Origin: Tubulanus polymorphus
Lineage: Eukaryota > Animalia > Nemertea
Reading direction: 5' to 3'
Length of the DNA stretch: 64,000 nt
Assembly: GCF_964204645.1 (NCBI RefSeq)
Contig: NC_134027.1
Coordinates: 24,948,560 to 25,012,559, forward strand
A model generated the notes under the pieces. It saw only the letters and a program-made list of their open reading frames with translations, was not told the origin of the DNA and did not search any database. Positions 36,007 through 48,240 of the stretch are shown here, in pieces (position 1 is the stretch's first letter; each line of letters begins with the position of its first letter). The translations under genes were made by a program, and so were the position numbers.

Positions 36007-37017
36007 TTAGCCGGACAAACCGATCCAACGCGGCGGAAAGTACTCCTCGTGGTCTACCTGTAGTTCCAAGGGCGAACCTTTGCGCGGCCAATCCTTGTAG
36101 TATAAGGTAGTTCCATTGGCTAACCAGGCTCCCCACCAACCGAACGAACCGACAGTCACAATTACATGATCAGACGATGCTATTATAGCGAAATCTAACT
36201 CGGCACTATTCGATTTCGAGAAATAGATTTTCTTATTTTCGATTTTAGCCATTGTTCGTTCGCACCAAGGAATATCGTCTGACGCAACGATGAACACGAC
36301 CCCATTGCCGTATAATGACGTCATGTAGTCCATGGCTTTAAGTAAGTAACTGCTAGGTGCTGCTGTATGGCCGTGGTCCTCAATATCCTTCACCATATCA
36401 CCGCGCCGTACGTGTACAGCGATAGTCGTTATTTTGACATTTGGGGTTAAACCGCGCGATAGACGAAGGTCTTCCTTGCAGTTAACGATGAATTTCGTGG
36501 CCGCTCGTTTCAAATACTTGCGAAATATCAACTGTTTTCGCAGCTCATCCTCGTAATGCTCGAAATACTTCCACGATTGGAAGTATCCTTTCAGGCTGCT
36601 GGCGGTCACACCCGTGACGTTGATTTTGTTGGAAAGCGCGTCGAATTTACACTGAAAGTTGTCGCGTTCTTTAAACACGGTGACGACATTCTCGCTAAAA
36701 ACAACGGCCGGAGTCGTCATTTCGAACACCAATGATAGATCAAAGTTCGGAGGAACTACGGCTATTACCCCGTGGCGTTCGGTGACCGAAATCAGAATAG
36801 CATATTCGAACATTAGATAACCGATTCGCCCGTTAAAATCTACAGTCATCATGGGTAAATGGTCGTTTTCCAGGTCGGCATATGGGTTCGGGTGCAAAAT
36901 AATCCAACAACATACCCCTAACGCTAACAGTATAAATGCTAAATACCTTTTCCACTGCCGTCGATTAACGGCAGCATTTTGCCTTTCGCAGCAGTTAGCA
37001 ATCCGTACAGCATTCAT
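36007..37017 (-). CDS. GT11 alpha-1,2-fucosyltransferase (FUT1/FUT2-like), copy A, 336 aa
   Basis: Type II membrane anchor, GYFQSWKYF, HVRRGD, FIVASDDIPWC, GSFGWWGAWLANG, YFPPRW. The likely start MNAVR is shared with copy B, with a splice acceptor just upstream. Single coding exon. Confidence 0.93.
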   Translation of the reverse strand: MNAVRIANCCERQNAAVNRRQWKRYLAFILLALGVCCWIILHPNPYADLENDHLPMMTVDFNGRIGYLMFEYAILISVTERHGVIAVVPPNFDLSLVFEMTTPAVVFSENVVTVFKERDNFQCKFDALSNKINVTGVTASSLKGYFQSWKYFEHYEDELRKQLIFRKYLKRAATKFIVNCKEDLRLSRGLTPNVKITTIAVHVRRGDMVKDIEDHGHTAAPSSYLLKAMDYMTSLYGNGVVFIVASDDIPWCERTMAKIENKKIYFSKSNSAELDFAIIASSDHVIVTVGSFGWWGAWLANGTTLYYKDWPRKGSPLELQVDHEEYFPPRWIGLSG

Positions 37018-37600
37018 GAGGATGTATCTCCAATTTTTTACCCTTGTAGAAGGCGAATAACCAACTTTCGAGCAACGCACCAGCCTCTGATTGTCGGTTG
37101 TTAATTGACTGTTGGTTGTTAGAATTCATCGCATAAGTTCACATTCACGTATAAGTGGTTTGCATCTCAACCGTTTTTACGCGACTTCCTTTTTTACAAA
37201 CGGCACATTATCCTGATCGGATTTTCTTCACGCGGCGATTGTTGCATGCTTCCATACGCATCTCCGTCATACCTTTTTTAAAATTGCAAGTTGGATAATG
37301 AACTTGTTTGCCCAGACGAGATGGAGCGCATAAAGCGGAGAGAATTTGTAACTCATAGTAGTCCCCTGCGTCGTAAAGAACGCTGCATATCAACTATCCG
37401 ATGAACGTTGCTAGGAAACACCGCTCATTGATTCACACTTTCTCCCCTCGATGCGAGCTCCTTACGATCTCAGAAACCACTGGGTTTACACGGCCGATAT
37501 TTTGTCATGAGGAAATTAGGGGTTGGGATAAATATGGGTAGTTTCCTCCATCAGCTCTATAGAAGCCGTTCGGGAATATTGCGAGAAAATGTGCAACATA

Positions 37601-37821
37601 AGGCTAAAAAAAATTGATACCTTGTTTCTCCGCTCTGCTGAGCTTAAATGTTGACCCGGCCGGCCGCCTATCTACCCTGTACATTACTTTTTTTAAATCG
37701 TGATCAATTTAACCATAACAGACCCGGCCGCTATAGAAATGAACTGTTTATAAATTTTATCATATTTTACAAAAATGACCCGGCCGCTGCGGAGAAACAA
37801 GGTATCATTTTTGTTTAGCCT
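37601..37821. mobile_element. TIR MITE (GGCTAAA...TTTAGCC), with a partial inverted copy at 35640-35811
   Basis: TIRs AGGCTAAAAAAAATTGATACCTTGTTTCTCCGC / GCGGAGAAACAAGGTATCATTTTTGTTTAGCCT. Confidence 0.7.
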
Positions 37822-37829
37822 AATAGAAT

Positions 37830-38038
37830 GATAACCACACTCAAACGTGGTGAACGGATAATAAGAAAAAAGCCCACTATCTACAGATTAAAAGAATTTA
37901 AAAACAAATATATAGAATATACGACGTTTCGATCTCACCCTAAAGATCGTCGTCAGGTGTCACACCTGACGATGATCTCTAGGGTGAGATCGAAACGTTT
38001 TTGAATTCTTTTAATCTGTAGATAGTGGGTTTTTATCT
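37830..38038. mobile_element. Penelope-like inverted element (family A) with two back-to-back hammerhead motifs
   Basis: Minus-strand hammerhead at 37921-37960 (CUGACGA..GAAACGUC) and plus-strand motif at 37962-38000 (CUGACGA-UGAUCUC..GAGAUC-GAAACGUU, 3' stem I lost). Confidence 0.78.
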
Positions 38039-38866
38039 CATTGAATGTGCAACTTTTCGATGAATTTTCCCCCTTTCGACTATTCGATGCTTGAATGTAT
38101 TTAAACAATATGTAACGCTTTTTACGGGACAATGAAATTTACAAAGTTCACGTACTTAAGTGAATTCTTCCTCGTCCACGGAAAATTAGATAAGTGTAAT
38201 TGAAAATTCGACATAAGGATAATGAATAGTTGCTCTAATCACAGTTAGTCATATTCATCTACCAACTACGGTTGTGTATTAAAATTAATATTTAGGAGAA
38301 GCTTCCTGTTTCAACTGCTAATTATGGATATACTGATTCAATATGACCTGCACATAAGGAATTCGAAAGATCTGGGGCAAAAATGTGGACGCCACATCGT
38401 ACATAATCTGTACCAAACTTTCATATCAGTAATAGATGAAGGAAATTAACAAGGCAGGGTCCAAAAGAGAAAAAAAAGCATTAAGAAAGCCAAAGACGAG
38501 GACCGCGAGCTGTATCCGACGAACGATGCAATTTCTGGCGCGTGATTGCTAAATGTGTATTTTAACGATCACAATATTGACGAAAAGGGGCCACCTCGAT
38601 CGGAAAGCGCAAGGTTCGATTCCAGAAACACTAATTTTGGATCGGCCGCAGAGCGACACACACACACACACACACACCCAACGGGAAAGTCATGACCGTA
38701 TACGTTTCATGGATACTGATATTGGAAGCAGGTGCGTAGATAGCCAACTCATCTCGAATGTCATGAGTAGCCACTGGTCAACGCTCTGTTACGCGCGCAT
38801 ACGCTAGGGATAAACAGGTGCGTGCTCTCCCGTAGAGTTCATTCCTATAGCAGCGTGTCATTAAGG

Positions 38867-38886
38867 CTGGACGTATAACGTCCATG
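38867..38886. mobile_element. 20-bp P-like transposon remnant with 7-bp TSD
   Basis: ATTAAGG-CTGGACGTATAACGTCCATG-ATTAAGG; same terminal sequence as 41543-41581. Confidence 0.65.
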
Positions 38887-40255
38887 ATTAAGGTAAGCAA
38901 CTACAAAAGACGGATTTTCATGTTATATATTACGGCTAAATTTTCAGCAAACAACTCGAGTTTAACGATACATATTGGAAACTCTTTCAACGGCCTTAAA
39001 TGTTTACCGATTTATCGGTTATTTTAAATCTAGAATTTCGTCCCAAATAGCAGTGTATTTTGTGCGTATATTGTATTTATTTATCGTATTAAATTGATAC
39101 AGAAAATGTAGAAAGATGCAGAGGTTCTATATAAATAGGTTCGTTAAAGATATGATGAACTATTATGAACACAATTCAAACAAGGAAATCCTAAGAAAAA
39201 CATGGATATTACCAAATACATGGCTGCTACGTGTACATACATAGCTTGACTGGACTGGTCACTGATGTCGTTATCGAAGTTGATGATCGAGCCCAAAATT
39301 TATGATGCATATGACATGATACGAATGATCTAACGTTTCTCATCAGAGCTCGGAACACTTTTCCGAAATGGTACAAGTAATTCACAAGCGCGTAAATCCC
39401 GGGCAAATCCTGCTTATGGCAGAAGGCCGGCGTGTAAGCTACGCATCGTAGTGGTTTTCTCTCCTTTTCGCTGCGCACAAAACCTTTGAAATAATCAAAC
39501 CTTTAAAAAGGAAAGGGTACCGTATCCAGTGTAGGTATGTCAGTACATCCTACGAGCAATTATCTGAACACGATTTCTCGTAGGTACATCCGATCCAATA
39601 TTAAAGGGAATCCCCGTGTTAAGCCCATCACCCCCGCACACGGCGTAACAAAAAACATCGAAAACGTTTTTTTTTCACGAGTAAAAAACTTTTTTTCGGT
39701 GCCGTGTGCGTTGGGCTATTCTTTAGGCAAAAGACGTACATGGTTGCCCTTATTCTATCATCAATCTCATTCGTAGGACCTACGGATTTCATACATTAAT
39801 TCGACGCCTATCCTATTTACCTACATAGCAACATTCATGGGGGACCTCTTTTTCAATGTAGTTTCGAATTTTGGGGTTTTCTGCCCTACGCATGGTGTAG
39901 TTACTAACCGATGTGGTCCTATATGCCATTATCAAAGAAACGGACGTGTTAAATATCTCGGATGACGAGACCGATAGATTCATCATCAATGTAATGTGGG
40001 TTCGTTTATTATGCCTATGCATGGCAATTTGGTGGCGTGTGGCGAACACAACTGAGTTAATTAACTATGAATCAGAATTATCAATGTCGCGTAGTTCATG
40101 AATAATCTAGTTTGATATCCGCGTCTATAGAATTATAATGCGCAATGTATATCGATGTCTAAAGCCTAACTCAGGTCGACGAGTGTAAGCCAGTTAGGTA
40201 GTACCTCTAGTTGACGAAATTTTATGCAACAGATACGATGTTACAAATATTAAAT

Positions 40256-41039
40256 AGCCGCGTTCACACTAGATTCGGCGCTTACGAAGTACCGTACTTC
40301 GCTGGTGCCGAATTTACCAAAATACGGCGCTTACACGGCCAGTGACGTTCACACTACGAGTCGCGATTCGGCATTTAGTTAGCCCAGTATAGTAGTCACC
40401 CAGTGTGCCGATAGAGGGGAGTGTAATTAGTGCTAAGTGTTTTGTACTACGTGGATGTTTTGATCTTGAAATAGGGATTGTCCCCGTTATTTATTTATTT
40501 GGCTGGTAAATTTTGTTTGATTTTTCGATTGAGTGTCCCTTACAGACCCACCACACCTGCCGGGAGCGAAACAGGGGGTTTGATTTTGAAATCGGAAATC
40601 GAAGTACAGATATAGATGTGTGATCGGCGGTCGAGTTAACAGAATATTTTTAAATCGAAGTACATAATTGGAAATTCGGTTCCGGTTCATCCAAACAATC
40701 TTCCATTCAATCTGAACCGGCAAGCGACTGATTGGGATGAATTTTTCTGGCTGCCTAATTTAATACAATGAGATTCTGGAAATAGCTATATTACAAGATC
40801 ATTTTGTCCATTTTTATATTTTTTTAATACTCAAGCACTGAATCTGTGTTCACACTACTGAAAATACGCGGCCAGCTCAGTGCTGTACTGAGATCGGGTT
40901 TTCGGCGCGGAATCGCATTCCGCGCTTAATAAGCCGCGTATTTCAGTACGGAACTGGAATAAGCCGCGAATAGGCCTCGAATAATGTCCTATAGTGTGAA
41001 CGCTTAGTACCGTACTGAAATCCTAGTGTGAACGCAGCT
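40256..41039. mobile_element. ~780-bp Harbinger-like non-autonomous DNA transposon
   Basis: TIRs AGCCGCGTTCACACTAG / CTAGTGTGAACGCAGCT with subterminal GTTCACACTA repeats. TSD unclear. Confidence 0.7.
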
Positions 41040-41542
41040 TGTATCCCTGACAGAAAGGAGAGACCCAAATCGTTTAACCGACAGGGATATCCGGGAAATT
41101 CCGGTTTCAGACTGATTCAAATATACTGCCTTGTTCGACAGATGTTGGGCTTTTACCGAAATCGGCAAAAATCCATCTTCGATATTTTGATCTTAGTGTG
41201 ATCTTGGAACCTGGATTTTGAGCATGTAATCGCCTCCAAATCACGCTTCCTGTCAAAGAAACCTATGAAGTTTGATTTTCATTGAATGCCACCACGCGTA
41301 TTGCTGTACCACGCCTTGTACGTCAACAACTAAAAGTTTATTCTTTTTCTTGGATTAGGAAAAAGAAACGCGGAAATACCAATAGCGACGTCTGGCGGCC
41401 CCGACTTAAACGAGAATTGATAGACATTTTCTAATCGGTGTCACATCAAAACCCGCAATTTTAGAACCAGCATTCGATTCGTTTGACTTCTGTATGTCCG
41501 CGGTGGTAATTCGATTCCTGTGTCGCGTTCGTGCAACTAGAC

Positions 41543-41581
41543 CATGGACGTATAAACTAGATTTTAGTTTATACGTCCATG
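41543..41581. mobile_element. 39-bp P-like transposon footprint with 7-bp TSD
   Basis: ACTAGAC-CATGGACGTATAAACTA-gattt-TAGTTTATACGTCCATG-ACTAGAC. Confidence 0.8.
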
Positions 41582-43565
41582 ACTAGACCAAGTCATTGTG
41601 CGGTTCTAAATAAAGAATTCCGCTTACGAATAGTAACCTAGCAACGCGGTTAATTCATAATTCCGTCTGGTTTCTGTTACCGGGTGGGGCGCGGCTTTTA
41701 TTCCATCGAGTCAGTGCATTGTCTGCCTTAATGGCGTGTATACGAATACACAACCGATTTAATGAGCTAACAGCTGCCCAACTAGGATTATACTACATAG
41801 GATTATACTACATTTCATACGACCAGGGACATATAGGGCTCTGACAGGTGCGACATTGTCGGACTAACATTTGAAGATATCGCCGATCGCAAGAAACTAA
41901 AAAAAAACAACATTTTCTTAACTAGCGAGGGGATCGGGTTATGGTACTTCGACAGTCTTAAACTATTCCATCCCAACATAAAGCAAAAACGAACACTCAA
42001 AAAAAACCACGGGGGTCTGACATTTCAAAGAGTAGTAAACGTCGAATTATCAAAAACACCGGGATCGTGTCCAGGGGCTGATCAAGGGGCATGTTGTGAC
42101 CATGTCGACCAATAAAAAGGGCATATATTCTTAATTTACGGTGGAAAAAGGCATATCAGGAAAAATTTTTGAAATTTTACTATCATTTTAGAGCTTTCTG
42201 AGCATCTCTGAGAGGCATTTAGTCAAGAAACATAGGTTATATATTTAGGAAAAATATCTATTGTGTATCTCGGGTGGTTACAACGGCAAATTTTGATACA
42301 GAGAAAAAATAAAAAGGCACTTTAAAATTCCGCCCGTGTCACACGGTCTAAATCCGCCCCTGCCGTACATGGATTTTAGAATGGTGGAACGAATGTTTAG
42401 ACCTTCTATCTTTATATTTTTATGCTCTAGTGTCAAAACCCACATTTTTAAAACCAGCATCTAGTTCGTTTGATTTCTATTCAATAATACATTTAGCTCA
42501 GTTCCCCTCGAAGCGGTCATCCCGGAAACTAATCATCAACTTCATCTGTATTTCGTTTTCAGCTGAAGTTCCGCGTTCATTCGATTCATGTCTCACTCAT
42601 CAACCGGGGTCGTCGCGTTCGACTCCACCGTGCTTATGACAAGTAGACCAAGCCATCGCGATTCTAGATAAAGTATTCCACTTAATACGAAGAGTAACTC
42701 GTAAGCAGCTAGAAATGCGGTTTATTCATAATTCCTGTCTTTTGTTAACCGGGTTGGCCGAGCTTTTATTCCAACGAGAAGCCAGTCTTTGAGTCGTCTG
42801 CATTAGCTTAATGGCGTACATGTATTATGCAAATGCACAGCCGATCGAAGCTCAACCCGCACGGTTGGGGCAACAGCCTGTCAATTAGGAGTACACTCTC
42901 TCACTTCGGATAAACGATTTCGTCCATAAATACGCCAAATTCTCTGCAGAATTGATCTCCAAGAACAAAATACCGGATTGTCGCGTCAATCGTTCTAACA
43001 TGGCTGTTATCGTGTAAGTACTATTCATTCATTGGATTCGGATAATTTACTGAATAAAATTTGGAATTTGAATTTGGAATTTTATTACACGGATATTGTG
43101 CTTTATCTCGACTTTTGGATCTACGTCGACGTCCGATAATACGGAGAAACTGGAATACGTTTCCGATTGAAAACAAATAAATTACCCCGGCAATTCATCG
43201 ATGACGAAACCGTAATTTCCTCGGCCATTTCAAAACGGCGACATGCGCATATTCAGGCCTATACGTGAATCATCAAGTAATGCATCGCAAGAGTAATACG
43301 TCGCCAGACGTTCTAATTCTACGAAACCCGTTTATATTGTTAATTGAATAGCGTCGGGAGGACACGTCTTGAAGACGAACATTTCTATGGGAATAATCGT
43401 TTACAGTCGAATGCGTCTATAGTAATGGAATCGTAATGCCGGCTAGGGCGTGTTATAGCCGGTTTACATAAATCAGGCATGGCCATCGTCAATACACCAA
43501 TAACACGGGGAAAACGTCGGATTTTAGGACATTACTGCCAGGTACGATATTTGAGATACATCCTC

Positions 43566-44576
43566 ATGAATGCTGTACGGATTGCCAACTGCTGCGAAAG
43601 GCAAAATGCTGCCGTTTATCGCCGGCAGTGGAAAAGGTATTTAGCATTCATACTGTTAGCGTTAGGGTTATGTTGTTGGATTGTTCTCCAACCATGCCAG
43701 TATGAAAAGCTGAAAAGCCACCATATACCCATGATGACTGTAGATTTTAAGGGACGAATCGGTAATCTAATTTTCGAGTATGCCATTCTGATTTCGGTCG
43801 CCGAACGCCACGGGGTAATGGCCGTAGTTCCTCCGAACTTTGATCTATCTTTGATGTTCGAAATGACGACTCCAGCCGTTGTTTTTAGCGAGAATGTCGT
43901 CACCGTGTTTGAAGAACGCGACAACTTTCAGTGTAAATTCGACGCGCTTTCCAACAAAATCAACGTCACGGGTGTGAAAGCCAGCAGCCTAAAAGGATAC
44001 TTCCAATCGTGGAAGTATTTCGAGCATTACGAGGATGAGCTGCGAAAACAGTTGATATTTCGCAAGTATTTGAAACGAGCGGCTACGAAATTCATCGTTA
44101 ACTGCAAGGAAGACCTTCGTCTATCGCGCGGTTTAACCCCAAATGTCAAAATAACGACTATCGCTGTACACGTACGGCGCGGTGATATGGTAATTGACAA
44201 ATCAGACATGGGCTATGCGCTGGCCCCTAGCAGCTATTTGGTCAAAGCCATGGACTTCATGACGTCATTATACGGCAATGGGGTCGTGTTCATCGTCGTG
44301 TCAGACGATATTCCTTGGTGCGAACGAACAATGGCTAAAATCGAAAATAAGAAAATCTATTTCTCGAAATCGAATAGTGCCGAGTTAGATTTCGCTATAA
44401 TAGCATCGTGTGATCATGTAATTGTGACTGTCGGTTCGTTCGGTTGGTGGGGAGCCTGGTTAGCCAATGGAACTACCTTATACTACAAGGATTGGCCGCG
44501 CAAAGGTTCGCCCTTGGAACTACAGGTGGACCACGAGGAGTACTTTCCGCCGCGTTGGATCGGTTTGTCCGGCTAA
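43566..44576 (+). CDS. GT11 alpha-1,2-fucosyltransferase (FUT1/FUT2-like), copy B, 336 aa
   Basis: Same motifs as copy A, with GRIGNLIFEYA in motif I. Acceptor CAG at ~43540 precedes MNAVR. Confidence 0.94.
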   Translation: MNAVRIANCCERQNAAVYRRQWKRYLAFILLALGLCCWIVLQPCQYEKLKSHHIPMMTVDFKGRIGNLIFEYAILISVAERHGVMAVVPPNFDLSLMFEMTTPAVVFSENVVTVFEERDNFQCKFDALSNKINVTGVKASSLKGYFQSWKYFEHYEDELRKQLIFRKYLKRAATKFIVNCKEDLRLSRGLTPNVKITTIAVHVRRGDMVIDKSDMGYALAPSSYLVKAMDFMTSLYGNGVVFIVVSDDIPWCERTMAKIENKKIYFSKSNSAELDFAIIASCDHVIVTVGSFGWWGAWLANGTTLYYKDWPRKGSPLELQVDHEEYFPPRWIGLSG

Positions 44577-45639
44577 AACCTCGTTTTTGAAAGTTTTGCG
44601 ACGATCTGCTGAATATGAAAAGAAAGCTCTAAGCATAATACCAAAGGTCCGTAGGTTCACGGAATCATAATTGGTCCATCAATGACCGGTGCTATACGTA
44701 GTCAAGGCATGAAAATAGAGCTCAAACTTAATTTGCAATATCGCGATTCAAAGGATTCTTGGATGGGGAGATCGGTAATTATGCACGCTCATTGTCAAAT
44801 CTAGATGAACCGGCTAATAGAAACATCCTTGGTGCTAATAAGAATCGTGTTTGGTTGCGTGTGTGAGCGATGGAGGGCGAAAATCGATTTCTTTACGATT
44901 TCTATAGCGCTGAATTTTGAAAAGTAGCAAAGAGGCTCATGATACTTATTTCTTTATGTTGTTGGCGATATACGTAGATATACCGCTCGAGTCAAGCGTT
45001 AGTTCATAGCTCATTTAAGTCTTAACATGACCCCAAAAATCTGAACCATCGATTTTATACCAGTTCAGCCCATATGCCAGATTTCTGTTTGGCTTATGTT
45101 AAGACCTACATGTATATCACTTTTAAAATCGGGCACATTTTTGCTGGTATTTCTTTATATGGCCGGCCATTTTGCCGCATGCGAGACACATCTATTTTAG
45201 TACAACGTATTTAGATATATGTACAGAGTGTACATACGCATATGTGCAAATCATACATTCCTACAGCTTTTCAAATAAGATGTTAAGGCAGATACCGGCT
45301 GAGTTAACTGTGTTAAAGCGGATTCGCAAGTGATATGTATAACCATTGATGAAACACTGGCTGGAATTCGACAAGGCAGCAACACTTTAGCGACGATAGT
45401 TTAACATCCTCCCTCGGCAGGGATTCGAACCCGATGACATCGCTACATTCAGCCACGGCACGAAACCCGCTCAGTAGACCGGGTGCGCAGGTACATGCGC
45501 AGGTTTAACGCGAAAAAAGCGGCACCAATCAGATTGCTCGTTGTATAATCGCTGAGGTAAATTTCACGGAAGAACTATGCATTGGAAAACTCGGGCTAAG
45601 ATAAAACGGAATATCTGATTGGCTGATAATGACATCATA

Positions 45640-45722
45640 GTAGCTGCTCACTCGGTCTAGTGTGGCAGAGTATCGTATCGTGGCAATCTCCATACCATCA
45701 GGTTCGAATCCCAAGCGGGGAG
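45640..45722 (+). mobile_element. tRNA-derived SINE fragment (related minus-strand copies at ~45410-45483 and ~30147-30200)
   Basis: CGGTCTAGTG...CGTGGC...CCATCAGGTTCGAATCCC with a B box. Confidence 0.55.
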
Positions 45723-46358
45723 CATGGCCGTTTAAGTGTTGCACACGTACTTTGCTTGAACGCACGATCAACGCAGTCTTGCAATATTAGAAAGCATATC
45801 AGAAATGATTATCTTGCACGGGGACAGCACTCTTTGCACGCTAGATAAAACGCCTCGGTGAATTCCAGCCCCTGAGTCTGTGTTGAGCATAGAAAATCTC
45901 ACACCCAGAAAACAAACAAAAAACACGAATCGAAAAAGGTTTATATTTCGATGTTTCTCGATTATAACACAGGAATACTGAATACTTTCGAGCATTTTTC
46001 GCCCGTGACGGATAAAGCCGGAACCAAGCCAACACTGTTCACACGGGTGCCAGATGGCTACGTAACTGTTTGACCGGCCAAAATCGTCGGACTAGGCCCC
46101 AGCCATATTCTAATACGGTCGAATATTTGGTAACAATAGCTTACTGATCATTATTGCCTAGTCGTCGAAACAAAATATATCATTGTATACATTATTTGGA
46201 TATAAGGATGTTTAAGATCGGAATATAGGATTTTTCTGGAAAGACATACATTGTATGGAATGATCGACGGATATACACTTAAGAAGGTAATAATGACCCG
46301 GTCTCTGTCTAAATGAGAACGATCAAGCGATTCAAAGAAAGGTACTGGATCTACTGCT

Positions 46359-46607
46359 GGGGCCAGTTCCATTCGAGACTTACGACCAAATGTGGTCTTA
46401 AATCTCAAGTCTGGCCTCAGGACCCAGTTCCACAGTTGTGAGTTAGAGTTAACTCTGGGTTAAAGTTAGTTCATTTTCAATGAGTTAACTCAGAGTCAAA
46501 TCTTAACTCACAACTGTGGAACTGGGTCCTGGTTGTTAGATTGGCTATAGAACCAAGATGGTTTTAGACTGGTCTTAAGTCTAAGCCCTGTCTATGAAAC
46601 CGGCTTC
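46359..46607. mobile_element. Nested MITEs: the GACCCAG MITE (46421-46528) inside a second MITE whose uninterrupted copy is at ~24161-24300
   Basis: The flanks GTGGTCTTAAATCTC..CTCA | GGTTGTTAGATTGGCTATAGA align with contiguous sequence at 24197-24245. Confidence 0.7.
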
Positions 46608-48240
46608 TGGGCTCTAATCATTGGTGGCAAATACTTTAGATGCGGTATAGTAGAAAGCTAACTGGTTGTGAAAGTGACTCACCTCACTTGCCACAGCATC
46701 GAGTAACGAGTGAGTGATTCGCGTCTGATCTATTGCCATAGATTCAGATGCCCCACTTGCCACAATAGCTCGACGGATTAACTGGTGAGTCATGATGTTG
46801 ATCCTAAACCTTAATCCTGAGATCTATTGTTAGGGCGGCATGGTTAAGGGATCGAGGCACCGGGTCAAATCGTCTGTGATCGCGGCTTTACACTCGAAGA
46901 GACTAATCGGGCGAATGAATTTACATTTGAAACGTCGAAAATAAATCATTCATTGGTGGAAGCTTTTTAAGACTTTTCCTAGTGTTTATAGGAATCGTCT
47001 TTACTATCGCGCGTCAAAATGTTGTAAATAGACGGAGAAAACCATGACAGTCAGAAATTGTTTCCGTGTTTTCGTGGGTTACGAACACGTGTTGTCGCTA
47101 GTGTCGTCGCATCGGGTCGAAGCTATAGGTTCAATAGATTCAGATATTCAATCTGGGTGTTCCAGGGGTGTAAGCCTAGCTTGTTGTTTAACCTACCCTC
47201 GACAAGCTAGCAACGAAGGGTTTTAGCAGCTTTCGTGGCCACCCCTATTTAAAGTTCATTATCGCCACTTCAGATTCCTTCATGCCGTATGTTAGGTATC
47301 AAACAGCAAGCTAATTTAGTAACGTGATTTTATATGGAATATATTTGGAATGAATTGTTGATTTAGTTCATAAAATAGTATTCTATAATGATGATCGTTT
47401 CAATGATTGGATTACCTCACAAAGTACCGATGGCTTTTTTGGCCCTGCGCTCCGAGCCTAACGCATAAACGACGGTTTCGACGAGACAAAACGCTTAGAA
47501 AAGCGTTTTCGTGCCTGACGTTTTATGTTCCGATATCCGGTCGCGCACGGCAAAATCAAACAGTCGAAAAAGTTCTCCACGAGGCAAAAAATGTGCTCGA
47601 TGGATTCGTATTTCTGTCCAAAAATTCCCCAAAAATACCATATTGAAAATAACGATTATCTAGGCAATAGTCATAACAGGCCTATATCAAACTTTTTTTG
47701 GAAAGTTGATTAACGCAAGCGATCTGCTCATTTTTTTACGAATGTATATTTTGATTGATGGTATCTTGTGTAGCATATATTTACACAATTCATTTCCATG
47801 ACGGTGTTAGAGATTTAAAAATGACTGTACTATTGTGTATTGTTTAAGATTAATTTTTTTTTAAATATAAGCCAACGTTACTTTTAACTGACCTGGGGGT
47901 CATTCATTTATTACGTACGCATTAGGGGAAGGGGACCAAGTGCAAGTGCAATTGCGTACTGTAATGCTTAATGTATATGAAAAATGGCCGATACGTACGA
48001 GGGATGCGGGGTCAATTCAAATTGTATGCCTACGTAATAACTGAATAATCCCTCTGTGGTAAATCCACATTTTGCTTTCTATGTTATTCTAACATCATTC
48101 GGTAATGTCGAACCTTTTTTCTCAAACTTTTTTTTTTTCTTTTTTTTGAGCTCAACATTTCTATCCCGACCATTTCATAACAGGTTCAACTGCTGAGTCA
48201 GGTTACTAGACCTACATTTGGTAGCCATATCTCCCATTAC

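Noticed and set aside
11569-44576. ZNFX1, GSAP and the fucosyltransferases as one functional immune cluster
   Set aside because: Adjacency in an animal genome is not evidence of shared function, and no synteny or co-expression data are available here.
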